Shown here: positions 21,791-33,295 of the stretch, piece by piece
Position numbering within the stretch: the stretch's first letter is position 1
Layout: each line of letters opens with the position of its first letter
Source: Craspedostauros australis
Taxonomy: Eukaryota
DNA length: 50,120 nucleotides
Direction of reading: 5' to 3'
Assembly: GCA_030167865.1 (NCBI GenBank)
Contig: JALAGF010004159.1
Span: 1 to 50,120, forward strand
Notes under the pieces: generated by a model
What the model saw: only the letters and a program-made list of their open reading frames with translations
What the model was told of the DNA's origin: nothing
Databases searched by the model: none
Program-made: the position numbers and the translations under genes

Positions 21791-23630
21791 TGACGACAAT
21801 AGCGACCACGGAGAAGACGGTGGCAATAGCGATGGTTATGATGACATTGATTCAAGCATGGTACGATACCGCGTTCACTCCGAGCAAAGGCACACAGCAC
21901 GGGTGGAGATTCAACCAAACTAGTCGTACGAGTAGTGCTTGTGTATTCCTCTGGCATCTATTGTGCTTCAAACACACTCGATTCAACCATTGAAAGAAGT
22001 CGGACTAAATTCTTACAGAGCAGTCAGTTAGGAGCACCGTCTACCTATTAATGATGAATCAGAATAGAGCAATGCGCGTCCGGGATCCTACCATGCGTGC
22101 GATGCATCCTCTGCCTGCGTTGATCTGACGAGAGAGTTGGCAAAATCGTGGGTTGGTGCTAGAACTTGTCTCGTCTTTGTAAATGTTTCAGGAATGGATG
22201 GTATCAGTCAGTCCAGGATGATGGATTCACGAATTTGCTGGTACTCGAAGTAATCAACTTCATGCGTCACTGTCTGGACGTGACGTGGCATGGAAGGACC
22301 CAATCAAGGCGCGAACGCAGAACAGAACCGAAACCCATCACACCGAAATCAAGAAAAGAATGGTTGTCGTCGTCGGCATCTTGTTGGCATTGTGTGGTCC
22401 CGATCCTCACCGCTCGTACTTCAACGCAACGAGGAGGAAGACGAAGAGAGAAGTTATCGGAATGGAAAAGAAGGGCAGACCAAACGTATTTGTGATTTTC
22501 ATTCTGCTCTCTCTCTCTAGTTTTTCATTTCGGAACCAATAGTTGGTTGAGATTGGCAAAACCGAAGGAAGGCAACGTCTCGTTCATCTGTTCTGTTCTG
22601 CTATATTAAAATTACATTCTTTTAGTCCACATACTGAAGGAGGAGCAATCCGAAGGTATTGCACGTGTGTTCTTGGTGGGAGTGGAGAGGATGCTGACGT
22701 GATGGCCTCTTTAATCCCAGAAGCTGACATCCTTGTGCTGCTGACGTTGGAGGCTTCATGGTGATTGATGCATTGATGATGATGTATGGGCGCTTGATCG
22801 TATGTGGAGTGTTCCCCCCTACCGCCCTCTCACTTCGAGAGCTTTCGATCTTTCATTTGTGCTCTCTGCTGTGCTGCTCTATCCCATTCTGACGTTGCAA
22901 TGAAGTGCTCTACTCTACCTTACTTGAAGACTGATGGGAACCTGATGCTTCGGTTAGGTTTGGAAATGAACAATGCCGCAGAGTAGGTCGGAAGCAATCG
23001 AAAGAGAAGAACGAGGAACAAGGAGAGGTTGACACGGATATTCGTCAAGCCCACCACGTCCGCTCTTGTGAAAGAGTCGTATGGTGTTCGTAGATAAGAA
23101 GAGACATTAGGAGCCGTTCTGATCCGAAGAAACATGACAGCACAGCACAGTAAGGTGTCGGATTGGAATGATTGGAGCAGTTGCCGGCTGTCCAATTGAG
23201 TTCCCTAGTTGTATGTAATTATTGTGTACGAACAGGATGCTGTGGCACAACCCGAAGGTTATTGGTTGGAACAGTTGCAGAGTATAATAGATCGTAGCTG
23301 AATTGGTTAGGATCTGCGCTTGCGCTTGCTGAGGTCAGGTTCGTGAAGTTGTCAATGCCGGTCGGCACATCGTCATCGGTCCTCCAAGGCCACGATCGTT
23401 GAAGTACACATCAAGTCAATGCACCTAATTGTCAAGTACGCCATGCTGGTACGTTGGTGTAGCTATGTGTGTGTGTGTATTTGTGTGTGCACTCGAGCAA
23501 TGAGTACGATATGATGATCGATTAGGGTTGATAGGTTAGTGTTTGGCTGCTCCGCGAGTGACTATAGTACTGCACTGGGACGCCGAATGTATGGTGATAC
23601 GGTTTGCGATGCGTGGAACATTGCAAACGC

Positions 23631-24777
23631 TTAGTTCCACCATCCCTTCCCTCCGGTACGGAAGTCTGTCTCGGTCCATGGGGAGAAGATGATCTTGCCA
23701 TCCTCGGCAACGTCGCAGTGGGCAAGGGCGAGTGGAAGTGGGGCTGGTCCACGGACGACGGCACCGGTTGGGGCGTACTGAGATCCGTGGCATGGGCACA
23801 TGAACTTGTTGGTGGCGGCAGACCACGGCACGACGCATCCCAAGTGTGTGCAGACGGCGTTGAGGCCGTAGCTCTCAATTGTCTTGTCCTCGTTGATGAT
23901 GATGTAGCTGTGTGTTGTCATTGTGTTTATCATGTCGTTGTTGGTTGGTGTATTCGGTGATGCATCCATTGGTTCATTCGTTGAGTGATCGAGCGTTGCA
24001 ACAACAAGAGTGAGGAGGAAGAAGGGAAGGCAAGTGAAGGGATGTGGACGGTTGGTTTGTTGGTTGGTGAGTTGAACTTTGATGGGATCGTGGCATCGGA
24101 GGATGTGCGAAGCGAAGCGGACAGACATCACATCACCGTCTCATTCATCTTCGGACATGGGAGAACGCAATCTGGATGAGGTGAGGTCATCAAGCAGCCT
24201 CATCGCTCCGTACTGCGATGGAGCCATGGTTGCGTCGCAAGCAATGGTCAATAGTCGTTACGATCTTGTTATGGACAGCAGCTATTGGATCACAAGCACA
24301 GTCTAGTCTCGTCTAGCCTCATCATCCCCTCCACTCCACTCGGCAGACACCCAGGGAGGAGAGAGGCAACAGGCACAGAGATATCCAGACAGAGACGAGG
24401 GCACAAGAGAAGACTCACGTGGCATCTCCCTTCAATCCCTGGGCGAGGGATCGGTCCTTGGCTGGCTTGGAGTCGAGGTAGGCCTGGGCGTAGATGTCGT
24501 TACCAAGGGCATCCTTGGCTGCGCTTCCTCCGCTTCCGCCTCCGCTGCCCGGTGGCACGAAGAAGAGGATGTACGGAATTCCGAAGGCGCCGACGGTGAC
24601 AGCACTGGATCCGACGAGGATGAGGTTCATGATGAAACGACGGTCCTCGTCGATGTAGAGCTCCTCGGAGGCGGCCATGTTGGTGGAGACGGCGGTGCGT
24701 GGCGCCATGTTGGCTGGAGCGAAGGCGTTGGCGGCGCCGGTGGCAAAGAGAGCGGTGACGAGCGAAAGGAGCTTCAT
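23631..24777 (-). CDS. petC: Cytochrome b6f Rieske Fe-S subunit, plastid-targeted; exons 24777-24419, 23907-23631
   Basis: CTHLGC and CPCHGSQY ligand boxes; [11 protein letters not shown] joined across intron 24418-23908; [18 protein letters not shown]; signal peptide plus ANA-FAP. Confidence 0.97.
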
Positions 24778-27700
24778 GTTGATTGCTGTTTCTTGTGGTG
24801 TCGTTTGACGAATTGTGAATGTTAGTGATGGTTGTGAATGTTGTGCGCACAGCCGGAGAGGTTGGATTGACTTTTCTTGGCCGATCTGGTTGTCGCGGAG
24901 TACTCGTTGCTGCTTCTGTTGCTGGTGATGGCAGATGGACCGATGATCGCTCTCTTTGCTCCTCTTCCTTCGATTGGTCAGTGACGTCGTGTTATTTGTA
25001 CCAACCGCATCCAAGCCGCGCAGTGTTGCGTTGCGAACAGTGGTGTTGGGAGCCATGACCACGCACGTCACAACGTCTGATAGGGCCTTCCTTCGCGTCC
25101 GTCGTTTTTGTCGTCCTCTCGTCTGTACGTCTATCCGTTGATTGCGTGACATCACGAAGCTCTATTCAATCTCTTCAGTCTGGTTTTGATGTGAATGATA
25201 CGATCCCACAAATGCGTGATTTGGTTTCTGTGCTTCAAATCAACCGTTTTTGCGTTCTGTCGTTTGATGCGTTTGCATGACTGAAATGCATTTGAATCAG
25301 AAGATGACCTCATTGGTGTGGCACGGCCGGCGTTTGAGGTTTGTGTTGCATGTGTGTGTCTCGGCAGGCTTCGTCCATCCGATCCCTGTTATCGGATGCA
25401 CATGCCAACCGTGCTTTTCTTCGTGTGTCACATGGAAGTCTCACGTAAATGTGAACACCCAGAATCCCGCAAAAGCGGATTGACAAGAAGGTTGCCATGA
25501 TAGGAACGGCAAGGACAGTGAGAAAAGGAGTGAGATTCATCACATCCAAACGGCGATGGGTGATGCGGAGACGGTGATGGCCACCGAGTCTTCCACGCCA
25601 TGAGATCTAGTACAGAGTATGTGTGAACACACTGGATCTAAATCCGGTTGATTGGTTTGGATGGGGCAGTTCCGCTCCGGTGGAGTCGTATGGTGTGGCA
25701 CTCTAATGGAGATGGTGATGGCGATGGAAGGAGAGCATATCATTTTGACGAAGCATGCGTTGAGAGGAGATTCAATGCGGGACATGGAGGTTTTGTCCTG
25801 TAGCAATTGCATTGGAAGTGCAATTCAAATGGGCAAGACCAAGAAACCGCTTCAAGATCATGTGCATGCGGGGTAGTGCAAGAAGTGTGTACTATGTGAG
25901 CTGTAAACTACCATGCCCGGACCTTCGGCATTCGGGTGTCTGGGTTTGTGTCTGTATCGACGTTTTGTTTGCATTTGGAGAGGATTTGAGTTCGTACGAT
26001 TTGGATGTCCCTTTCCTTTGCTGTTGGAATAGTACCATTCGCTTTCTCAGCCGGCGACAGTATCAGAGCGTGCCAGCGGACAAGCGCACCGAATGCTCTT
26101 GGCATGCTGACCTTCTCTATTTACGAGCAGGCGGGTGGGAAAATGGAGGTGTGATTGGAAGCAAATGGTCGGTTTCGTACAGCATGCAGCATGGAGTATA
26201 GTATGCTCCGTGGTTGGCTTGTTCGATGGGAAGATGGAGACGCATGAGCTCTCCTGACATGGAGACAACCCTCTTGCGGAGAAGACGAGGAGAGTGCGAG
26301 CCGTGGGACAAACACATGTTGGTTGGTTGCCGTGTTCTTTTTTTGCGGTTGTGCCATCTCTGACGAGCGTGTGATTGTGCAGTTGTGGGTGGAGTCGAGG
26401 TCAGGACGGGGGAATGAAGATCGAGCAAGGCGGCAACAACGACAACATTGGCATCACCTGCCGTCCAAAGCAAGAGCCAGCATCGTCGGCTTGCATGTGA
26501 GAACCACGATTGCGGCATGGCGACGCATGTGTTGTTGCGGCCGCCGGCTTGGACACCGGCACGGACATGAATGGGATCGGCGGATGCGTCTCACCCAAGT
26601 TCCCCTCCATTCATGTGTGTAAAATCCGGTATGTGTACCAGAGTCACGGGTTCATTGGATGCTGTCAATCAGACGAATGGGTGATGGTTCAAACGCAAGA
26701 TGTTATGTCATATTCATGACCGAATGTTTTTATGTCTACGAATTTAAATTCGCGCCCGTTCAGTCACAATTTGTTGAACCTTAATTACTCTGTGGCTTCG
26801 TTCAGGTAAACGGTACGATAGTGTTTACTTATCCTCCTTTCTGAATGTTGTACATAACATGGTTACTTAGATGATTCATCTTTGATTGTCCTATCTCGCG
26901 TGCCGCAAGATTCCTAAAATAAGAAACGGCTAACTTTTGCGTTTGATTTGAGATCCGCGCAGGTGTGATAAGAGGTACTGTGTGGTAGGCGTACGCGCAC
27001 GGTGCGATCCACGCGACAACAGTATGCGTTTCGCCCTTGCGCGTGTGTCTGCGCGTTGTTTTGTCTTCGTGGTGTGATGTTGCATCGGTTGTCGTTGTTG
27101 TCGTTGTTGTTGTTGGTGTCGTTGTTTCTCTCGTGGCTTTCTTGGGTTTGCCTGACATCGCTGTCGCTGTTGTTGGCTGTGCTCTTGTTTGTGCTCTCGT
27201 TGTTGGAATCAAGCAATCGCCAAGAGTGTACGACTACGAGTGCGATTGCCTGCGCCTTTGTCCTTGGTTGGAGTTCGAGAGACAACGTCCAAACCACACT
27301 CTTATCATCATCAACAATAGCATCAACAACTGCATCAACAATAGCATCAGCAACAAGCAGAGCATCCTCATCCTCATTCTCATCACACCAGTCGAAACGC
27401 ACTCCACCTTCACTCCGCACGGAAAAGCCAAAAGACAACATCACGCGAGGAGCGGATTCACTCTCGAGTCTTGCACTTACTGGTCACTGCTCGTGTTCGG
27501 AACTTCGATTTAACTTGCTCACTCCACAGTCCTCTGCTCTGCCCTACCCAACCCTCAAGACTGGAGGACTCTGCAATACGCACCCGCCGCTTGCAAGGAG
27601 CCTCTGTTGACGACGCACTCGTATTAGCACATCAGGCTTGAGTGGTCATCGACTTTCAGAAGCCCAATCGCCGACAATCTTCCTATTCCTCCAACAGACA

Positions 27701-27781
27701 AACCAACACACAGACACAACACACCAACAGGAACATATAGTCGTAGTAGTGCGCTGCCGAAGAACCATACATCCTGACAAG

Positions 27782-30694
27782 ATGGCATCATTCTATCGAT
27801 CACATCAGATGTCAGCGGGTGCAGCAGAAGCACCAGGAACAGCTCCTGCAGCACCACATGGTGATGATCCTGGCCGAGACCCAAGGAACGGCCCAAGTCT
27901 TCAGGCTCCTCCCAACTTCTACGCTCCGCCTCCTGGCTACGGACATCATCCTGCCCATGCACATGCACAAGCACATGGACAAGCACATGGACATCCGCAA
28001 GCTCAGGCTCAGGCGCAACATCGTCAGCAGCAACAGCAGCAGCCGCAGCAACAGTGGGGCGCCTACCCATCAGGCGTTCCAGGCATTCCCAATGGACCAC
28101 AGCACAGCGCGTATGCGAGAGGACTTCCGCCTTCAGCTGCTGCTACTGGCACTCCTGCTTCGGCCGATTCCAACGCTGCAGGACTTCATGGGAGGCACCC
28201 TCTTCATCCCGCTGGTGTCAGCGGCGTTGCTGCGCACTCCATGGAACAACATCAATACCCACCATCCTCAAGATCTTCTGCAGCCGAGGCTCAGCCACAG
28301 ATGCACTCGCAGCATTCCGAAAGAACAGCCTCGTCCACCATGGTGGCACACGGTCGTCAGCATGCGAGCATGCACCACGCCAGCATGTCCACTCATGCGC
28401 CAGCATCACATGCGATGCATCATCACCCTGGCCTTCATCCGCAGTCGCAGTCACAAGCCACAGCGCTCCCTCCATCTCATCACAACCCACACTACCCTCC
28501 TCAACACCACCATCAGCATCCCCAACAGCAATATCACCAGCATCAGCACATTCAGCATGGTCATCAACCGCAGTATCATCCCGACCATGTCTATGCACAG
28601 CAACACCAGCACTACCCGCAGCAGCATCGGGGACCATACGCGCTTCCCAGTCACATCCCGCAGGCACAAGCACAAGCACCAGATGCTGCACGAAGTGCGT
28701 ACCACCCTCAGCAACCACCACCACCACATCATCCACCCACAGGTTCAAGGTATCCAGGAATGTATCTGCAGCATCAGCCTGCGTATGGTGGTGTACCGGG
28801 ATCAGTTCCAAGAGCCCCGTCGCCACACGTTGATGGGCTGGCCAGACAGTCATCCGCGGGGGGCAATGCGTCCCTGGAATCTTCCAAGCGCCAACAACCT
28901 GCCCAGACGTCACCGGCAAAGTCCCGTAAGCGTGAAGTGGAAGTTGCACCTGCAACTGACAGCACCACAACAAGTTCTCAATCAGAATCGAAGAGTCATA
29001 ATGGATCTCCCAAGAAGACGAAGAAGAAGAAGAAGCGGCCACATGAAGGCGACTCGCCGACATCACCAGCAGCGTCAGCGTCAGCATCAACCCAGTCGCC
29101 GGCGAAGGTGGCAACTCAACGAGCATCAAATCAGAAGGGAGATGACGAGAAGGCATCTCGAGCAGACCCTCCACCAAAACAGCAAGCGCAAACGCAAACC
29201 GCAACGACCTCCAAGACATCATCTGCTGACAACGATCAATCCAGAGCCAGCAGTAGTTTACCTGAAAAGGTGCATATCGCGAATGGGAACATGATGCACG
29301 GTGTTCCCAGCATGTCTCACCGCTCACTGTCTCCCCACATGCCAATGCGCCGCGCCCAGGCAGAACAAACATACCGTCGGCAACAACCGGAGCACTACCA
29401 GCGTCAGCAGACACGCTTCCAACAACAGATGCTTCTCTACAACCAATTCCGCAACGCCAATGTCAACGTTTACCCGGTGGCAGCTTCACCACATGTCCAT
29501 GCCGCACAAGATCCAAACCATCCCTTCGGGTCTCGTCCACACAACAGCAGCAACAACAACGGCGTGCAAGCCAATCCCGTTGGTATCCCATCGGCACCCA
29601 CGCCTGCCTGCATCACATCAGGGCAGCAGCAGATGATGGGTGGCAACGCGACAAGCAGAAGCCAAACTACATCCCCCGCGCTCACCGCAAGCGAGCGTCA
29701 GGTTGGCCAGGGATACGGCCCCGGCCGTCCACGCAGCATGTCCTCTATTGCAGCACCATCTCACGTGTCCAGTGCAATGTCTACATCAACCGCCACCTCA
29801 GCGCCACCTCATGCATCTGCCAAGAAGCCTCATGGTGGAGAGAGCGAGATGAATGACACGGCTTCCATCCTCCTCAGTCTCGGTGGTCTCAGCAAGACCG
29901 ACAAGTCGGAAGCCAGTTCGCCCGGTCGATCACCGCCGTCGTCGTTCGATACAAACGCTCCACCAAAGGTTGCCCGCGATGTGTCGCATGACACCCACTG
30001 TGTGCCCGGCATCAACACGGTCCCATCCACGTCTTCGACGGTCTCCGAGGCACTAACTGATCCCACCATTCATAACATCACACCCAGCTCTTCGACCGAC
30101 TCGGCCCCCGAACTCACCAGCGAGGCATCGTCGGACACGGCTGACACCCTCCCGGCCACGGTTCCTGACAAGTACCCCACCCGCCTCACGCTGCACCAGG
30201 ACGAGGCGAAGCTCAACTCCCTGCACTGCTTCCTCCGAGCCGAGCTGCTCGAGGTGTTCGTAGTGCAGAAGTCCAACAACAAGTCCCCCACCCACTCCCC
30301 AGGCTCCTCCGTCGGTAGGGTGGGGCTGCGCTGCGTCCACTGCGCGCTGAAGCGAAGACAGCGCGATCATGGCTACGAAGCGCCAATGGCTGTCTTCTAC
30401 CCCAAATCCATCGGGGAGATCTACCGGCTCGTGACGTCGTGGCAGAGATGCCACCTGCGCAAGTGCAGGACCCTCCCGCCGCCGGTGCGATCCAAGTGGC
30501 TGGCTCTGCGCGAGAACAACAAGTCGAGAGGCAAGACGCACTACTGGGTGACATCCGCAAAGGATCTCGGCCTCGTCGACTGCCAATCGAGAGCTGGGGG
30601 GATCCGGTTCCGTGCTGACCTCAATGCCAGCCAACCCAACAAGAGTGGCGTTGCACCAAGCACCAATCCACCTGCCGCGAAGCCGGCACCATGA
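27782..30694 (+). CDS. Putative nuclear regulator: long disordered Q/H/P/S region plus a C-terminal 'RVGLRCxHC' domain
   Basis: First ATG 27782; NLS PKKTKKKKKRP; the ~140-aa C-terminal domain is homologous to that of the 40469 ORF. Confidence 0.85.
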   Translation: MASFYRSHQMSAGAAEAPGTAPAAPHGDDPGRDPRNGPSLQAPPNFYAPPPGYGHHPAHAHAQAHGQAHGHPQAQAQAQHRQQQQQQPQQQWGAYPSGVPGIPNGPQHSAYARGLPPSAAATGTPASADSNAAGLHGRHPLHPAGVSGVAAHSMEQHQYPPSSRSSAAEAQPQMHSQHSERTASSTMVAHGRQHASMHHASMSTHAPASHAMHHHPGLHPQSQSQATALPPSHHNPHYPPQHHHQHPQQQYHQHQHIQHGHQPQYHPDHVYAQQHQHYPQQHRGPYALPSHIPQAQAQAPDAARSAYHPQQPPPPHHPPTGSRYPGMYLQHQPAYGGVPGSVPRAPSPHVDGLARQSSAGGNASLESSKRQQPAQTSPAKSRKREVEVAPATDSTTTSSQSESKSHNGSPKKTKKKKKRPHEGDSPTSPAASASASTQSPAKVATQRASNQKGDDEKASRADPPPKQQAQTQTATTSKTSSADNDQSRASSSLPEKVHIANGNMMHGVPSMSHRSLSPHMPMRRAQAEQTYRRQQPEHYQRQQTRFQQQMLLYNQFRNANVNVYPVAASPHVHAAQDPNHPFGSRPHNSSNNNGVQANPVGIPSAPTPACITSGQQQMMGGNATSRSQTTSPALTASERQVGQGYGPGRPRSMSSIAAPSHVSSAMSTSTATSAPPHASAKKPHGGESEMNDTASILLSLGGLSKTDKSEASSPGRSPPSSFDTNAPPKVARDVSHDTHCVPGINTVPSTSSTVSEALTDPTIHNITPSSSTDSAPELTSEASSDTADTLPATVPDKYPTRLTLHQDEAKLNSLHCFLRAELLEVFVVQKSNNKSPTHSPGSSVGRVGLRCVHCALKRRQRDHGYEAPMAVFYPKSIGEIYRLVTSWQRCHLRKCRTLPPPVRSKWLALRENNKSRGKTHYWVTSAKDLGLVDCQSRAGGIRFRADLNASQPNKSGVAPSTNPPAAKPAP

Positions 30695-31699
30695 CTCGGT
30701 TGCGAACTGTGACGCTCGTGCTCTCAGACGAAGATGCATACCATAGAGTATAGTACAATACATTATGCATAGACAAACAGACCCATCACCTATTCTATGC
30801 TGTAGAGTATCCGTTTTTGCTCTCTGAAGCGCTGTTGTTGATTGGCATTGAACTCTGCTCGAATGACCCCACCACAATGACGATACTTCAAGAGTCGAGT
30901 CACGTGCTGCGCGCTTCTTTGCCTTGCTTTGCTTTAATCTCAACAATGGCATCTTCGGCATGTGCTGCCTGAGAGAAAGAAGGTACGAGGACGTATGGTA
31001 GGGAAGCGATAGGCTCATGTTGGTGTCGACTACCTGCTCCCCCGACAAGAGAGGTGATGTGTGCGCCAATCGATCGCCTCTCGCGATTTTGTTTCGCCAA
31101 AAACATATCAACATCCATGACTGAAATTTTTTATACACGACTTGGGAGTAACCGCTTTCCAACTGTACGTGAATCACGATCAAGAACTGCATTTGCGAGA
31201 AAACAACAAATGATGACGTGGACATCGCGAAGCACAAAATGCGTGTTTCTGTGCTTGTTGTTCTTGTTGAAGTCATTTTGTGCGTCCGTCCATCCGTCAG
31301 GCCATGGTTGTGGAAGAAATGATGAAAGCTCCTCAGAAATCGGATTCTGCCTTGATTCAACCAATCAGAACGGCGAGAACAGGGAAAAACACGAACGGTG
31401 GATCATTTCTCCACGAACTGGAGGCCAACCAAAATCGCCAACCGTTGTGCCGTTCAGTTCGTCATCGCAGGCGGAATGAAAATGAAGATCGGCCACCCCA
31501 ACAACTCACGAAAACCGTTGCGGAATGTTCGCGTCTTTGCCTTCTGATCCAGCGAGAGAAAAGCAGAGAGAGGCAGAGCCAAACCCTGACCTGCCCAAAG
31601 CGAGCGGTGCACCGACAGGACGGACACAAATCAGTTCTGGACAAGAATCCAACGTCACGCGAAGCATCTCAACCAAGCAAAGGAAAGCAACCAGGCAAG

Positions 31700-32867
31700 A
31701 TGGGCAAGGGACCAAACCAGAAGAAGGGAGCCAAGATCTTCAAGACCAAGTGCTCGCAATGCCACACCGTTGAGGAGGGAGGCGCCCACAAGCAGGGACC
31801 CAATCTCTACGGTTTCTTCGGACGTCAGTCCGGCCAGGCCGATGGATACTCGTATTCCGGCGCCAACAAGAAGTCCGGAGTTATGTGGGGTGAGGACACC
31901 CTCTTCGAATACTTGGAGAACCCAAAGAAGTACATGAAGGTCCGTTCCACTTCTTTCTCGCTTGCTTTCTTTGTTGCCATTGCTCTTGGTTTGATTTGGT
32001 TTGATTGCATTTCATGATGCCCTGTCCATGCCTGCACTGTGTGCGTTTTGCGCGGCAAGATTCGTGTGTATGCCACAATGTCTTCAGTGAGCCATTGGAT
32101 GGACATCGTTGGGATGGTGTGACGATGCACCACGCATGGCGTTGGAGGCGTGGTGCAGCAACAGCAACGATCAGATGAAAGAGAGACATGAGAATCACAG
32201 ATTCGGCATTAGTTGGCGCGAGCAACGATTGCTGATGTCACGGTCATTCATCAATTCATCACCGATTGATGTTGTTAATGATCTGCGACTTTGATACAGC
32301 GGTAGGGTGCCCCGTTGGACGGCCACATCCATACCAATAACCGTATCGAAGAGCCGCCAAGGCAGTCGATCTCCCCTCTCATCTTTGACAGAGAGACGCT
32401 CCACCAATGACTCGTCTGGGAACGATTGACGCATGATGTCTTCACCTCCAATTGACGGCATCGCACGCAACGCCATCTCTTCCGCGATCAATTGGCCACT
32501 TGGCCAAGCCGCAATCCGTCCATTGCGCCGACTGCCGCCATTCAGCAGATGGGTATTGATCGATCGACACCCTCATCACACCTCCACACAATGCGAATTG
32601 CAACATTTTCAAACTCTTACATCAAACTTAACTTTGCCTTTTTTCATTGCACTGACGCATCGAACTGACAATAACCACAACATCCGATCGACGCGACAAC
32701 GACTGACACCAAATCGCCCTCGCAAACAATCGCAACAACGACACTCACAACCTCGACAACACCTCAAATTAAATTAACAGGGAACCAAGATGGTGTTCGC
32801 CGGACTCAAGAAGCCAAACGACCGCAAGGACCTCATTGCCTACCTCAAGAAGAACTGCTCCGCCTAA
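31700..32867 (+). CDS. CYC1: Mitochondrial cytochrome c (108 aa); exons 31700-31939, 32781-32867
   Basis: CSQCH heme motif, [44 protein letters not shown] across the phase-0 intron 31940-32780. Confidence 0.97.
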
Positions 32868-33295
32868 ACCCCACCAGCAGTGTCACGCACCATACAATAT
32901 TAGTCATGCCATTGTAACATCTACCACATTCTGCTCCAACTCTTTCCCAAGTCGCCGTGCGCAATAGCAATAGGTCGAGTGGATCACCATTCCAATGACG
33001 ATTTGGTTGGCAATGCCGATGGAGAAAAATGATGCGCGCAAAATCATGGTCAATGAAATGGAGCGCACGCAAATAGAGTAGTACGACTGCGCTTGCGTAG
33101 AAGCCAACAAGCCGGATACCAATGACCTGTCATGTAGCGTTGCCGTCCCGTGCGTACTCGTTCCGCATCCCACCCCTGGAGCCATACTCGGCAGCATCCA
33201 CACTTCATCCTAATTGCTGCTCCATGCATGGCACAAGTACGATAGAATGCGATACGCTACAGATCTATTATATGACCTACCCTTGCACGCGTCAA

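Noticed and set aside
22051..22128. C/D-box snoRNA candidate (ATGATGA...CTGA)
   Set aside because: No terminal stem and no rRNA guide that I can recognise; such motifs are frequent by chance here.
26829..27610. Overlapping ORFs including a Leu-rich 202-aa one
   Set aside because: Explained by GTT/CAA triplet low-complexity sequence in the upstream region of the 27782 gene.
27819..29414. 491-aa alternate-frame and 398-aa antisense ORFs as overprinted genes
   Set aside because: CAN/GCA-rich codons of the Q/H/A-rich host suppress stops in other frames, and there is no independent motif.
30053..31360. 435-aa minus-strand ORF
   Set aside because: Partly an antisense shadow of the 27782 gene, with no recognisable domain; weak coding potential cannot be fully excluded.
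23631..32867. petC and cytochrome c as an electron-transport gene cluster
   Set aside because: They act in different organelles and are 7 kb apart with an unrelated gene between; there is no evidence of a functional link.
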